A stretch of DNA of 64,000 bases from Candidatus Doudnabacteria bacterium (GTDB lineage: Bacteria > Patescibacteriota > Doudnabacteria > UBA920 > O2-02-FULL-48-8). The stretch lies in contig JAIFWV010000003.1 of the NCBI GenBank assembly GCA_019659055.1, positions 14,706 through 78,705 on the forward strand, given 5' to 3'. Below are positions 26,729 to 36,822 of the stretch, one piece after another. A program made the translations under genes and the position numbers. Under the pieces are notes generated by a model. The model saw nothing but the letters and a program-made list of their open reading frames with translations, was not told the origin of the DNA and searched no databases. Position 1 is the first letter of the stretch, and every line of letters begins with the position of its first letter.

Positions 26729-27949
26729 TTATTTTTGTATCTCGATTTCTTTAATAACCTCAGCACTCGGACGGACTTTGCGTTCGAGAGTTTCGCGGTT
26801 GATCTCCACTAGCCCAAACAGCGGCCCGTAGCCGTCGGCCCATTCGTAATTATCTATAAGGGACCAGTAAAAATACCCTCGGACATCGGCTCCGCCGCGG
26901 ATAGCTCGCGCAACCCAGCGCAGATGTTCGCGGATAAAATCTTTGCGCATATCGTCGCGGGCATTGGCAATGCCGTTTTCGGTAATGTAAATCGGCTTAT
27001 TGAATTTCTTGAGGTCCAAAAGCACGTGGTACAAGCCTTTGGGGTAAGTCCGCCAGCCCATGTCTGAGCGCATAACCTCTGGTTTGTCTTCGGGCCGATT
27101 CTTAAGGAAATTAAAATTCATTTCGCGCACGCCGTCAGGCAAGCTAAACGACATGAGGTTATAAAAATAATAATTGATGCCTATAAAGTCGAGCTCGTGG
27201 ACTATGCGTTCCAAGAAATAATGATTCCCAAACGTATTAGAAACCCAGACAATGATCTGATCCAGAATATTGTTCCTGCGATAGGGTTCGTAGTACACGC
27301 TGTTTTTGGCCACGCCAATCTTTGCTTCCGGCCGGACTTGCTTGATGGCCTTGTACGCTTTCTTGTGGGCTTGGATGATATTTTTGATCACGACCAGCGT
27401 ACCAAAGACTGAGTGCTTAAACGGCGGCCATTTGCCTTTGTTGTAGCCCATGCCGGCATAAAGCTCAGGCTCGTTGACCGTACACCAAAGGTCAATCTCA
27501 TCCCCCAAATTTTGAGCTACAAACGCGGCATAGCGGGCAAAGGCCTCAATTGCATGAGAAGATTCAAACCCGCCTTTGTCGGCCAGCCACTGCGGCATGG
27601 CAAAGTGCCAAAGTGTGACCATGCGCGTAAGGCCATGGGCCTTCATACTTTGCAAGACTTTGCGGTAGTGTTCGACTTCTTGGTTGTCCCACTGGCCCTC
27701 TTGCGGCTCGATCCGCGACCAGGCTATAGAGATGCGGAAAGCATTGAGCCCGATGTCCTGCGCAATGGTAAAGTCTTCCTCGTATTTATGGTAGTGATCT
27801 GTGGCCTGGCCTGATTTGGGAACCTTGCCTGCCTGTTCGGCGTGCCACCAGTCGTTGTTGGTATTGTTGCCTTCCACCTGGTGTGCCGAAGTGGCCGCGC
27901 CTATCAAAAACCCTTTCGGCAAAACAATTTTGGTTTCGGGTTCAGTCAT
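26729..27949 (-). CDS. Glycoside hydrolase family 1 (beta-glucosidase)
   Basis: ATSAHQVEG, TVNEP, YITENG, WSLIDNYEW. Confidence 0.95.
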   Translation of the reverse strand: MTEPETKIVLPKGFLIGAATSAHQVEGNNTNNDWWHAEQAGKVPKSGQATDHYHKYEEDFTIAQDIGLNAFRISIAWSRIEPQEGQWDNQEVEHYRKVLQSMKAHGLTRMVTLWHFAMPQWLADKGGFESSHAIEAFARYAAFVAQNLGDEIDLWCTVNEPELYAGMGYNKGKWPPFKHSVFGTLVVIKNIIQAHKKAYKAIKQVRPEAKIGVAKNSVYYEPYRRNNILDQIIVWVSNTFGNHYFLERIVHELDFIGINYYFYNLMSFSLPDGVREMNFNFLKNRPEDKPEVMRSDMGWRTYPKGLYHVLLDLKKFNKPIYITENGIANARDDMRKDFIREHLRWVARAIRGGADVRGYFYWSLIDNYEWADGYGPLFGLVEINRETLERKVRPSAEVIKEIEIQK

Positions 27950-28045
27950 AATTCCTAATTCATGATTCCTAATTCCCCCTCATTATACTGAATTTTGACT
28001 TAAATTGCTAGTTTTACTAGAATACCTTATTCAAAAGGAGGGGCA

Positions 28046-28567
28046 ATGAAATGGGTCTTTTGGATTGATGCTCAGCTTTTGAAGATTGTTCAAAAGCTGG
28101 CCAATGGCGTGAATGTTCTCACCGGGAAAGACAATTTCTGGATGGCCAAGCAGGCGGCCTTTCTTGCTGCTGTGTTCTGGATTCTCGAGAATGTTCTCGA
28201 AGCGAAATCAATAAATATTTTTGCCCTGATTTTATTCGGCGCCGGATACTTTGTGATCCCACTCGTGTGGATCAAAAGCATAGAAAGGCAAGAAATATTT
28301 AGAGAACGCCTTCGGATCTCAAATGTTAAACCAAACCCGCTCTTGGATGCGATAATGCGGTTAGTGGTCCTGGCCCTGGAATTGTTCGGAATGACAAATA
28401 GCGCGCATCGGCATGGCTGGAAGTGGCTGGATGTTCTGGGCTATCTTTCACTAATTCTCATGATCTACCTCATCGGGATCGATAAGCCGCCCTATAGCAA
28501 GAGCAAGGTCTGGGAGTGGCTGTCCCGCCCGAAACCCGTTCTTCAACCGAGTCAGGTCAAATCCTAG
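28046..28567 (+). CDS. Membrane protein
   Basis: AGGAGG SD; about 4 TM. Confidence 0.65.
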   Translation: MKWVFWIDAQLLKIVQKLANGVNVLTGKDNFWMAKQAAFLAAVFWILENVLEAKSINIFALILFGAGYFVIPLVWIKSIERQEIFRERLRISNVKPNPLLDAIMRLVVLALELFGMTNSAHRHGWKWLDVLGYLSLILMIYLIGIDKPPYSKSKVWEWLSRPKPVLQPSQVKS

Positions 28568-28608
28568 ACTCGGTTTTTTCTTTGCCAGACAAAGTATATA
28601 ATACCTTT

Positions 28609-29214
28609 ATGAAAATAGTATATTTAGTATTGGCAGGATTGGCCCTGGTTTCCATAACTTTTTTTGTATTTCACCAAAAATCAGCCGACTACCCTGTCCC
28701 GACTGTCGGGACCAATATAATAGTTTTTGGCGATAGCCTAGCCTTCAGCCAAGGGTCCACAGAAAACCACGATCTGGCCTCGCTCCTCTCACAGAAACTC
28801 GGCCTACCCGTGATAAACTCAGGCGTCAGTGGCGACACTACTGTAAGTGCCGCCCCGCGTGTGCCAGCAGACGTCCTCGCCCACGATCCCAAAATCGTGA
28901 TCATCCTGCTTGGTGGCAATGACTTCTTCCACCAGATCCCACCGGCGCAGACTATGACAGCTCTCAGGTCTATAGTCGAGAGTATCCAAGCGAAAGGTGC
29001 TGGGATAATTCTCATCAACGAAAACAAATCCTTTGCCACGGCTGATATGTTCGAGGCGCTGGCCAAGGAGAAAAACATACCGTACATGGAAAATATCATG
29101 GGCGGGATTATCAACCGACGGGAGCTTATGTCCGATGCTATCCACCCCAACGATGCCGGGTATGAGATCATGGCCGAAAAAATCACCCTCGTCATCGAGG
29201 ATTATTTAAAATAG
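28609..29214 (+). CDS. SGNH/GDSL hydrolase
   Basis: FGDSL, GVSGDTT, LGGND, DAIHPN. Confidence 0.92.
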   Translation: MKIVYLVLAGLALVSITFFVFHQKSADYPVPTVGTNIIVFGDSLAFSQGSTENHDLASLLSQKLGLPVINSGVSGDTTVSAAPRVPADVLAHDPKIVIILLGGNDFFHQIPPAQTMTALRSIVESIQAKGAGIILINENKSFATADMFEALAKEKNIPYMENIMGGIINRRELMSDAIHPNDAGYEIMAEKITLVIEDYLK

Positions 29215-29240
29215 TCATTGTTATAGTTGAAATAAAAAAA

Positions 29241-29270
29241 GCCGTGAGTCCCAAAAGTGGAACCCACGGT
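29241..29270. repeat. GCCGTG..GAACCCACGG palindrome, copy 1
   Basis: Same arms as copies 2-4; the only copy followed by a U-run on minus. Confidence 0.8.
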
Positions 29271-29279
29271 ATTGTGTCA

Positions 29280-29480
29280 TTACGGATTTTTCCAACCCGG
29301 CTGTGCACGAACCTCGAGAAGTTGATCGATGGTGAGATTGAGCATGTCCCAGCCCTTCCCACGGCAGTACTGCTCGACGAATGCGTGACGCGCACGAAGC
29401 ACGTCGGCTTCTTTCTCCGTGACGCCGACAACGACCATTCCACCCGGCAGCTGTAGATCTAATCTTTTTTCGTTGTCCAT
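29280..29480 (-). CDS. 66-aa hypothetical protein
   Basis: MDNEKRL...YCRGKGWD..LTIDQLLEVRAQPGWKNP. Confidence 0.6.
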   Translation of the reverse strand: MDNEKRLDLQLPGGMVVVGVTEKEADVLRARHAFVEQYCRGKGWDMLNLTIDQLLEVRAQPGWKNP

Positions 29481-29488
29481 GGAAACCC

Positions 29489-29863
29489 TCAGAGAAGTTC
29501 GAACTCTCCTGGGAAAACAGTCTGTTCGTAGATATACGTGTCGAGCTCCTCGCCTTCCATACGGTTGGCGAGTAGTTTTTCGTGCGGAATGTCGAGGACA
29601 AGTACCCAACCCCTCGACGTGTGTGAGATTCCTTTGATCTTCTCACCCCACATCTTGGGACTGCTTACATGCAGTTGCAATCCACCCTCATCGGAAACCT
29701 CGATCGCGGTGATCGTGCCGACAAGAATGTGATGATGACTGCCATGTTCGCATCCGAACCGAAACATCCTTCCGATAATGGGCTCAGGCCCAAGCGGAAG
29801 ATTGGCTGACTGGAGTGCATACTGCAACTCAGTCCTGAAACTTCTTCCAGGTGCAAGGCTCAT
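29489..29863 (-). CDS. Hypothetical protein
   Basis: AGGAGG + ATG at 29863. Confidence 0.65.
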   Translation of the reverse strand: MSLAPGRSFRTELQYALQSANLPLGPEPIIGRMFRFGCEHGSHHHILVGTITAIEVSDEGGLQLHVSSPKMWGEKIKGISHTSRGWVLVLDIPHEKLLANRMEGEELDTYIYEQTVFPGEFELL

Positions 29864-29899
29864 TTCAATTCCTCCTTCTTTTTCTTTCTGGGAAATGAG

Positions 29900-29929
29900 G
29901 CCGGGGTCCTGATTGTCAGAACCCACGGC
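29900..29929. repeat. Palindrome, copy 2
   Basis: GCCGGGGTCCTGATTGTCAGAACCCACGGC. Confidence 0.8.
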
Positions 29930-29932
29930 TTG

Positions 29933-30424
29933 TTACGAGAACTTCACGATATCCTTGATCACGAGATAGTTAGACTCAAGGCCGCCATCGCTCACGGCGG
30001 TCTTTACCAGCTCAAACTCGATCCGGTCAAGTTTGGATAGTCCCAATAGCTTGTCAAAATCCGGATGACCAGGTTTGTAGAAGAGCCGTGCGGTCAATCG
30101 CTCACGATCATCTGTGTGGAGTAAGACTCCACCAATATCTTGACCTCTGACTACTTCTTTCACGATCCACCGATGTGCGGCGACTTGTCCCGCTCTCTTC
30201 CTAGCAAGCTTCTCGACGTCTTCTCTAGCTATCAGATTCGTGACGCGAAACCCAAGCCATACACCAACCATTGCCATCGGGAGTGAGATTCTGACCATCC
30301 ACTTGAGGACGCTATCTGTTGGCGTAATCCAACCTAATTGCCGGAATACAGCAGCATAAAGAGTTACAAGGAACGGAACGAGCATGCACATAAAAACAAC
30401 GCTCAGCCTACCTATCTTTCTCAC
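29933..30424 (-). CDS. 2-TM membrane protein
   Basis: AGGAGG + GTG; two TM then a soluble domain. Confidence 0.65.
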   Translation of the reverse strand: MRKIGRLSVVFMCMLVPFLVTLYAAVFRQLGWITPTDSVLKWMVRISLPMAMVGVWLGFRVTNLIAREDVEKLARKRAGQVAAHRWIVKEVVRGQDIGGVLLHTDDRERLTARLFYKPGHPDFDKLLGLSKLDRIEFELVKTAVSDGGLESNYLVIKDIVKFS

Positions 30425-30525
30425 AATGTCCTCCTGGACGAATTGTTGAAAAGCGAATTTGCTTCACTCCGCAAAGTTCACGACTGTAATATGGTACAGT
30501 ATTACAGTGAACTCTCTGGAGTGAA

Positions 30526-30553
30526 GCCGTGAGTTCTGTGTAGAACCCACGGC
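30526..30553. repeat. Palindrome, copy 3
   Basis: GCCGTGAGTTCTGTGTAGAACCCACGGC. Confidence 0.9.
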
Positions 30554-30556
30554 TGG

Positions 30557-31219
30557 TTAGCGCAGATTGAACTGCGAGTAAAACTTCTCAAACGCCACAC
30601 ACGAAGGTGCTTTTGTGCAATGCTTTAGCGCCTCGTGCAGATTTCGGAAACCGATCGGGACTGGCTGGTTGGTTTTGAGTAATTCAGAGATGATCAATTG
30701 ATCAGTGAGTCTCCATGCTCTGAATTCCTCCGCAATCTGCGTCTTCTTTCGAATTATCGGGTCGGGAATTTTCTGTGTATAAAAAGCCTCGGGCTTTTCC
30801 AGATGTATGGCTTCGTGAGCCAATACAATTGCAAACGTATCCTTGGCTGTGCGGTTAAAACCTACCCGGACCCGTTCCTGTATCCGCACCATTACCATGA
30901 GCTGGTTGGCGTTTATCTCAACCACCGGCGCATGATTTTGGTAAAACGAATGCATCAGCGCCACCCCGAGGTTACCGTTGTCATCCGTCACCAGTTTAAA
31001 ACTGAGTTTGTTGGCCGCCTGTTGCCCATACATCCAGTTGATCTTCTCCTTAAGAGCATCTGGCATGTATGAATTCTCCGGGAGCGCGGGCTGGATGGCG
31101 CCAAACAGTTGATTCACCAACGCTATGGCATCCTTGGGATCCATCACCACCACTGGCGGCTGTTTGTACTGAGCTGAAGCCAAAACCAGTGCCAGCACCT
31201 GGGCGAAAACGAATCTCAT
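30557..31219 (-). CDS. Secreted HExxH zincin-like protein
   Basis: Signal peptide; LAHEAIHLE ... EEFRAW. Confidence 0.7.
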   Translation of the reverse strand: MRFVFAQVLALVLASAQYKQPPVVVMDPKDAIALVNQLFGAIQPALPENSYMPDALKEKINWMYGQQAANKLSFKLVTDDNGNLGVALMHSFYQNHAPVVEINANQLMVMVRIQERVRVGFNRTAKDTFAIVLAHEAIHLEKPEAFYTQKIPDPIIRKKTQIAEEFRAWRLTDQLIISELLKTNQPVPIGFRNLHEALKHCTKAPSCVAFEKFYSQFNLR

Positions 31220-31351
31220 TGGTCCTCCTGGACAAATGTTCAAATATCTTTCACTTCACAGACTTAAATCGAATTCCTGACGAAGGTCAGGATCATTCAC
31301 GAATGATGCTGAAATAAATTCAGCAATTCTAATTAAAATCTAAGAAGTGAG

Positions 31352-31380
31352 GCCGTGAGTTCTGTTGTAGAACCCACGGC
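31352..31380. repeat. Palindrome, copy 4
   Basis: GCCGTGAGTTCTGTTGTAGAACCCACGGC. Confidence 0.9.
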
Positions 31381-31386
31381 ACTTGT

Positions 31387-32343
31387 CTAAATTGCTGCAA
31401 AGATACGAGACTTCGTACCCAGCGTACCAAACAGGGTATTAAAATCCTGTGCATGACCATAGCCCATCACGATCACACCAGTGTGGAGGTTTTGCAACCT
31501 CATCTGGCTGATCATTCGAGCCAGTGCGATCAGGCTTCGAGCCGCAACCACGGAGCGTGTGAGCTCTTCAAGTTCTGCCGCACGGACTTTACTCATGCCA
31601 GACAGCTCTTGAATGACGACATTCAGATTGAGTAACGCAGGATCTTCACCGCCGGTCAGGTTGGCTTTCGGATGCTGACCGTAGTACATCAACACACCGT
31701 CCAACTCGGTCTTGGTACGAACCGCCCTCATGATTGCTTGGCGAGTGACAGTGACTCCCATGTTCTTTGCTTCCGCCATTGCTTCGTCGGCCAGACTGTC
31801 CCACGTAACGTGATCCGATGAACTTCCTTCCCAACTGATGATGTCGTAAGGATAGTGCTCGAGGAGTTCTTTCTGTTCGGCTTGACTGCGCCGGAAGACC
31901 GGATCGTTGTCATCGCCGCCGATATGGTAGATTCCGATGTAATCGATCTCCATACCAGCTGCTGTGGCGAACTGCTGTTTTGCAAACGCCTCGTATTCAC
32001 TGAGGTTCGCGAGAACAGCTTGAGCTGACTTGCCGATCTGGGGATCAGAGAGGTACTTCGGAAGCTGAGTTCGTAACTGTGCCAGCGGCAAGAACAGGTC
32101 CTTATCCTCTGTATCCTTGTGGTCGATGACCACGATAGGAGTCAGAAAATTCATTGAGACAAGCTTGTCGGCCATTATAGCCTGCCGCCTTCGTGCGTCT
32201 CTACCCATCAGACCTCCAAGGTTGAAGTAGACAATCACTCCAACCAAGAAAATTAGCAAGCCCAGCAGCGGCCATCGGAGTACAGACCCTCGACTGGATG
32301 TTGGAACCTTGTTAGGCTCCGGCTTCCTTTTGCGTTTGCTCAT
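31387..32343 (-). CDS. Membrane-anchored protein, EreA/ChaN/TraB-like fold
   Basis: IGIYH..SQ..SWEG..GGED..ARS..IVMGYGH pattern. Confidence 0.5.
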   Translation of the reverse strand: MSKRKRKPEPNKVPTSSRGSVLRWPLLGLLIFLVGVIVYFNLGGLMGRDARRRQAIMADKLVSMNFLTPIVVIDHKDTEDKDLFLPLAQLRTQLPKYLSDPQIGKSAQAVLANLSEYEAFAKQQFATAAGMEIDYIGIYHIGGDDNDPVFRRSQAEQKELLEHYPYDIISWEGSSSDHVTWDSLADEAMAEAKNMGVTVTRQAIMRAVRTKTELDGVLMYYGQHPKANLTGGEDPALLNLNVVIQELSGMSKVRAAELEELTRSVVAARSLIALARMISQMRLQNLHTGVIVMGYGHAQDFNTLFGTLGTKSRIFAAI

Positions 32344-32350
32344 CGTTACC

Positions 32351-33007
32351 TCAATGGTTGTACTGCTCGATTTTCACAACGTGCGGTTCATTCGGGTTTG
32401 CGTCTTCTGCTAAAAGCAGGAGTTCGCAGTTACCGAAATGGAACTGTGTGAGAATATCGAGCCAGTTGAGCTTGTAGTAAGCGCAGTAAAGCGACTTGCC
32501 GATGTCGCCATGCGTGACCAAGAGGACAGAACCGCCTTTGTGCTTAGTCGTGATGTCGTCGATGACACGTTTTGCTCTCTCCACCAAATCTGGAAACGTT
32601 TCCGCACCAGGTGGATGCAGAAAATAAGTGATCGTGTCCGTCTTCACGATGTCGGGAGCGCAGAGCTTTTCGATTTCGGAGGCCTTCTTTCCGGTCATGA
32701 CGCCGAAGTCGCGTTCGATAAGTGAGTCAAGGACTTCCGGGCCAAGCATGCCTGGCATAGAAATCCCGAGCGTCTCACATACGATCTCCGCCGTCTCCTT
32801 CGCGCGCCAAAGCGGCGAAGTATAGACAGCGTCGAATGCTAGACCAGCGTCCTTGATACCGACTGCCAGTTGATGTGCTTGCTTAATTCCAAGCGGAGTA
32901 AGAGGTTCATTGCGATGACCGTTGAGGATCCCGTTCGCATTATCCACGTTCTGCCCATGACGAGCAATATAGATTTTCAGCAATTCTTTCCTCCTGAATC
33001 TTTTCAA
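32351..33007 (-). CDS. Histidine phosphatase family protein
   Basis: IARHG, SPLWRAKET, LIERDFG, LVTHG; start uncertain. Confidence 0.9.
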   Translation of the reverse strand: MKRFRRKELLKIYIARHGQNVDNANGILNGHRNEPLTPLGIKQAHQLAVGIKDAGLAFDAVYTSPLWRAKETAEIVCETLGISMPGMLGPEVLDSLIERDFGVMTGKKASEIEKLCAPDIVKTDTITYFLHPPGAETFPDLVERAKRVIDDITTKHKGGSVLLVTHGDIGKSLYCAYYKLNWLDILTQFHFGNCELLLLAEDANPNEPHVVKIEQYNH

Positions 33008-33171
33008 GGAAAGCTAATATTTAAGGCTTAAATACCAGGTTTCAATTGTTGACACTAACGCTTAATTATACTCCTTTTTCGTGATTTTGTCAATGATAAC
33101 GCTATGCAAACAAAAAAGACTTCTTCGTAGAAATCTTCTTTGTTGCCAGAACAACAACCATTAATTCCAAA

Positions 33172-34389
33172 CTATTTAGTTCCCGAATCTGCCTCATCAA
33201 TATGTCTTTGAATTATCTGATTAATCTGATTTAGAGATTCTTCGTCTTTTGGTAAATTATCAATCGCAAGCCCAACTTGTCTCCAATATGTATGAGTGCT
33301 GCCTCCTTGTTTGTCATCTAATGAAGCTGTTGTCGACCCAAATTTAGAATTTATTTCTGCACAAATGCTTTCGATAAGTCGTCTATCAGTTTTGTCTCTA
33401 CCGCGCCCCTCATAGCTATAATCCGATTCGGTGCCAAACAAATAATATACTCCGGTAGGATTTTTGATAACCCCAACGTATCTACCACCTTTACTCTCTA
33501 GTTTATCTGGACAACGATCAATTAAAATTGCCTTATCTATCTCTTTCTTATTCATTCCACTGCCAAACTTATATCCAAAATATTCAATAGCTCTATGTAA
33601 ATCAAATCGGTGAGAATCCATCTGAGATCCTTTTGCCACCAACTCTTTGAGAGTCTCTTCTATAGTAAAATCCTTATATGGATTTATGAAGCTTCTTAAA
33701 TCTTGAGGTATGGTTTGTAAAATTTCTTTTATTACACTCTGGGGCGGGAAATTTTCAACAGCTCCCCTCACTTGTTCAATCTTTTCCGTTAAGGCCAGTT
33801 CTTCCGAAAATATAGTATTATAACTCTTAGTAAATGCGCGCATCATTTCTCGGGAATATGCCATCATTGAGTTTCTAACTTTTTCATCTTCTTCTAACTT
33901 CTTTAAAGATTCTAGCGGATTGGCTGACTCAGCAATTTGCTGAACGTACCGACGCTCATATATTTTCTCGGCGGAGGCATACACACCACCTTCTTTTATA
34001 CCTGCTAAGTGTACGTTCAAATTGTCTCCTTTGTTTTCTACGACAACAATTGCTTTTTTGTATACAGTTAATCTTGCAAAGGAATCGGTCTTTTTTTCCG
34101 ATTCATATAGATAGAATGGAGCTTCTGCGGTAAAATATGAACGACCGCTTTCCGTAGTGGGCCGTTCTCCTATGGAGGTTGCTTGGTCTATAACCCTTGA
34201 AACATGAGCATCCTCGTATTGTCTAAATTTTCTGGATGCGTAAAGATCCACTTCGGGTTCAACCAAGCTTGTTAGAGAATTCATCTCTTCAAACGTGGCA
34301 TTGGGATGTGTATCTAAAAATTCTCGTATTAATCGAGAAGGTTTTTCGTTTGATTCTGGATGTTCGATCTTGGGTCTTTCGGTTTCCAT
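33172..34389 (-). CDS. Hypothetical protein (AT-rich)
   Basis: Long ORF; likely start METERPK, just after the upstream stop. Confidence 0.7.
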   Translation of the reverse strand: METERPKIEHPESNEKPSRLIREFLDTHPNATFEEMNSLTSLVEPEVDLYASRKFRQYEDAHVSRVIDQATSIGERPTTESGRSYFTAEAPFYLYESEKKTDSFARLTVYKKAIVVVENKGDNLNVHLAGIKEGGVYASAEKIYERRYVQQIAESANPLESLKKLEEDEKVRNSMMAYSREMMRAFTKSYNTIFSEELALTEKIEQVRGAVENFPPQSVIKEILQTIPQDLRSFINPYKDFTIEETLKELVAKGSQMDSHRFDLHRAIEYFGYKFGSGMNKKEIDKAILIDRCPDKLESKGGRYVGVIKNPTGVYYLFGTESDYSYEGRGRDKTDRRLIESICAEINSKFGSTTASLDDKQGGSTHTYWRQVGLAIDNLPKDEESLNQINQIIQRHIDEADSGTK

Positions 34390-34396
34390 ACTCTTA

Positions 34397-35176
34397 CTAC
34401 TTAGCTTCGATAAATACATGAGTATTCCAGAACCTGGACTCTTTGCTATCGCCTGTAGAATCGGCTTTATACCCTTCAGTGTTAATGCGCGCTGGATAAG
34501 CTGGCGCATTGTCACCAGGAAAGACAGTCAAAATTGTTGGTTTATTTTCAATTTTTTGAATGATGACTGTAATTTTTTTAGTCTGAGCAGCATCTTGAAA
34601 TTTTTCTTTTGGTACTTTAGCGATATTGGCTTTCGGTTCAAATTTTGCTTTAGGATTTTTTATATCTCCATCTTCAGTTTTGATGATCTCCCAGCCCTTA
34701 TCAGTTCGTGCAGTTTCTGGATACCAAGCCCCCTCCATCCCGTCTACAATATCTTCAGTCCCACCAGGTGTTCGAGTCCTTTTTTGGATCTCGGCATCTG
34801 GGAAAGTGGATTGAATTTCTTCAATACTTTTTACACCGCTGTAACCAAGAGGTGAATCGGTATTTAATTCAACGGTCAGCTCGGCTCTTCCGTATTGATC
34901 GTATTGCAAAGTGGAAGGTAAGGTTTTTTTCAATAAATATTTCAAATCATCAGATCCTTGAATAACATCCCCATTGAACTGGCTGCCCGCCACTTCGCCG
35001 CTTTGGTGAATTTTGATATGATCTAAAGCTGAGCCAAAGTCTATATCTTCAGTTCTAAATTTTTCTCCCAGTTCTAGACTCCCATCGCCTCTTGTAGTGA
35101 TTTGTTCAAATTTTGCCTGATAGTCTTTGAATCGCTCTTCAGGTGGTATATAACTTCGACCATAGTCCTGTTGCAT
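34397..35176 (-). CDS. Hypothetical protein (AT-rich)
   Basis: MQQDYGRSY...LTVFPGDNAP..FWNTHVF; starts just 3' of the tRNA. Confidence 0.7.
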   Translation of the reverse strand: MQQDYGRSYIPPEERFKDYQAKFEQITTRGDGSLELGEKFRTEDIDFGSALDHIKIHQSGEVAGSQFNGDVIQGSDDLKYLLKKTLPSTLQYDQYGRAELTVELNTDSPLGYSGVKSIEEIQSTFPDAEIQKRTRTPGGTEDIVDGMEGAWYPETARTDKGWEIIKTEDGDIKNPKAKFEPKANIAKVPKEKFQDAAQTKKITVIIQKIENKPTILTVFPGDNAPAYPARINTEGYKADSTGDSKESRFWNTHVFIEAK

Positions 35177-35215
35177 ATAAAAATTTGTTAGTGCTAAGAA
35201 ACCTAAAATCTCAAT

Positions 35216-35290
35216 TGGCAGCCCCAAGGGGAATCGAACCCCTATTACACGGATGAGAACCGTGCGTCCTAGCCGTTAGACGATGAGGCC
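35216..35290 (-). tRNA. tRNA-Glu(CTC)
   Basis: GGCCTCATCGTCTAACGGCTAGGAC..CACGG-TTCTCAT-CCGTG..GGTTCGATTCC..GGGGCTGCCA; 75 nt with encoded CCA. Confidence 0.97.
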
Positions 35291-35430
35291 TAAATTACAA
35301 TGTATTATATCTTTTCGGCACCCAAAAATCAACAAAAACATTCAAGAATTGCGACAACATCCAATTGACCCTGAATCGTGCTTTGATAAAGTTAGCTTTG
35401 TTCTTTTCGACATGTTCCAAGGAGGAGCAA

Positions 35431-36729
35431 GTGGAGAAACTACAGATCAACCTCGCCCAGTTGCAAGCCCAGGCCAGCGAGCTACTCACCACGAAGTGCA
35501 TCTCGCCCCAGGGTTGGTTCTACGCCTCGGGCGACGACACCACCGGCCATGGCAGTTACAAATGCCTCTTCGGCCGGGATTCACTTCACATCTCGATGTT
35601 TGTCATGGACTACATCCGCATCACCGACGACAGAAGTCTCCTGCCAAACGTCCGGCGGACGCTGGAGAAGCTGGCCGACACACAGGGGCGGTCGTTCAAT
35701 CTCGAGACTGGCGAACGGCCGGGGTGGATTATCCACGAGATGCGGACCGAGCACCACGAGCACCTCACCCGCGATCTCGATCCCCAATGGCCGACGTACG
35801 ACGACGACGTGATGCGGATTTACCAGTCGGTCGATTCCACATACCTTTACCTCATTGCCATGTACAGGTATTGGCAATTGACCGGCGACGACGTCTTTCT
35901 CAAGGACATTCTCTACAGCGTGAGAGCGGCGGTACGGGCTATCCTCAAGTTCGGTGATACCAATCGCGACGGACTGCTGGATTACTTCGTCCCGCCCGAG
36001 CGCAAAAGCGGCGGTCTGGTAGTCTGGAGCTGGACCGACAGCGCGGAATCTATCGGCGACCAGATCGTGTATCCGGTGGCACCGATCGAGGTCCAAGGCT
36101 ACGGATTTCTGGCCGCAAGCCTCTGGGTCGAGTACTTCCGCGAGTCCGAACCCGAATTGGCACAAGGACTGGCGGCCATGGCCGCCCGTCTGCAAGACCT
36201 CACCTGGGATAAATTCCAAAGGGAGGATCATCTGGCGTCGATTCTCGATGGTTCCGGCCGCACAGATGAGGACGTCCGCTCGAGCATGGGCCACCTTCTG
36301 TGGGCATCGCTCAACGACGCTTGGGATCACAAGCCCGCTCAGGCAGTCGTTTCGCATCGTGGCGTGGAGAAAATCGTCAAAAGGCTCATGGCGCGAGATA
36401 TGTTTGATCCGGAAGGAGGCATCCGCACGCTCTCGGCTGATTCCCCGCGCTACGATCCGTCCAAGTATCACAACGGCAGTATCTGGACGCACGATACCGT
36501 CCTCAGCTACATCGGCCTGCGCAATCATGGATTCAAGGCCGACGCAAGCCTGGTCGCAAACGGCCTGCTCACCGCTCTTGATCACTTTGGTACGCCGGGC
36601 ATGGAGCTCTTCAGCCACCACCAAGGCAAGTACGCGGAGTTCCGGCACCCCATGGGACCCAACACCGGCAACAAGGTTCAGGGCTGGGCCCTGGCCGGTG
36701 TCATGGCCATGACAGCTTACGAACGCTAG
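35431..36729 (+). CDS. Amylo-alpha-1,6-glucosidase / glycogen-debranching-like glycosidase
   Basis: LFGRDSL, GERPGWIIHE, YQSVDST, WTDS, GIRTLS, YHNGSIWTHD, QGWA; AGGAGG + GTG. Confidence 0.88.
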   Translation: MEKLQINLAQLQAQASELLTTKCISPQGWFYASGDDTTGHGSYKCLFGRDSLHISMFVMDYIRITDDRSLLPNVRRTLEKLADTQGRSFNLETGERPGWIIHEMRTEHHEHLTRDLDPQWPTYDDDVMRIYQSVDSTYLYLIAMYRYWQLTGDDVFLKDILYSVRAAVRAILKFGDTNRDGLLDYFVPPERKSGGLVVWSWTDSAESIGDQIVYPVAPIEVQGYGFLAASLWVEYFRESEPELAQGLAAMAARLQDLTWDKFQREDHLASILDGSGRTDEDVRSSMGHLLWASLNDAWDHKPAQAVVSHRGVEKIVKRLMARDMFDPEGGIRTLSADSPRYDPSKYHNGSIWTHDTVLSYIGLRNHGFKADASLVANGLLTALDHFGTPGMELFSHHQGKYAEFRHPMGPNTGNKVQGWALAGVMAMTAYER

Positions 36730-36822
36730 TTCCCCACCTTTGCTACATTTTGGCAGGACCCAAGTAGTCCTGCCTTTTTTTATCCAATTTACAAAATTGC
36801 TCTCGGAGGTTATTTTTAATTC

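Noticed and set aside
29241-31380. CRISPR array or canonical attC sites
   Set aside because: Repeats are separated by whole genes, there are no cas genes, and the sites are about 30 nt without paired RYYYAAC/GTTRRRY boxes
35581-36648. 355-aa antisense ORF (and similar ones at 4509, 7442, 14875, 21937)
   Set aside because: Shadow frames opposite better-supported genes in GC-rich sequence; no recognisable motifs
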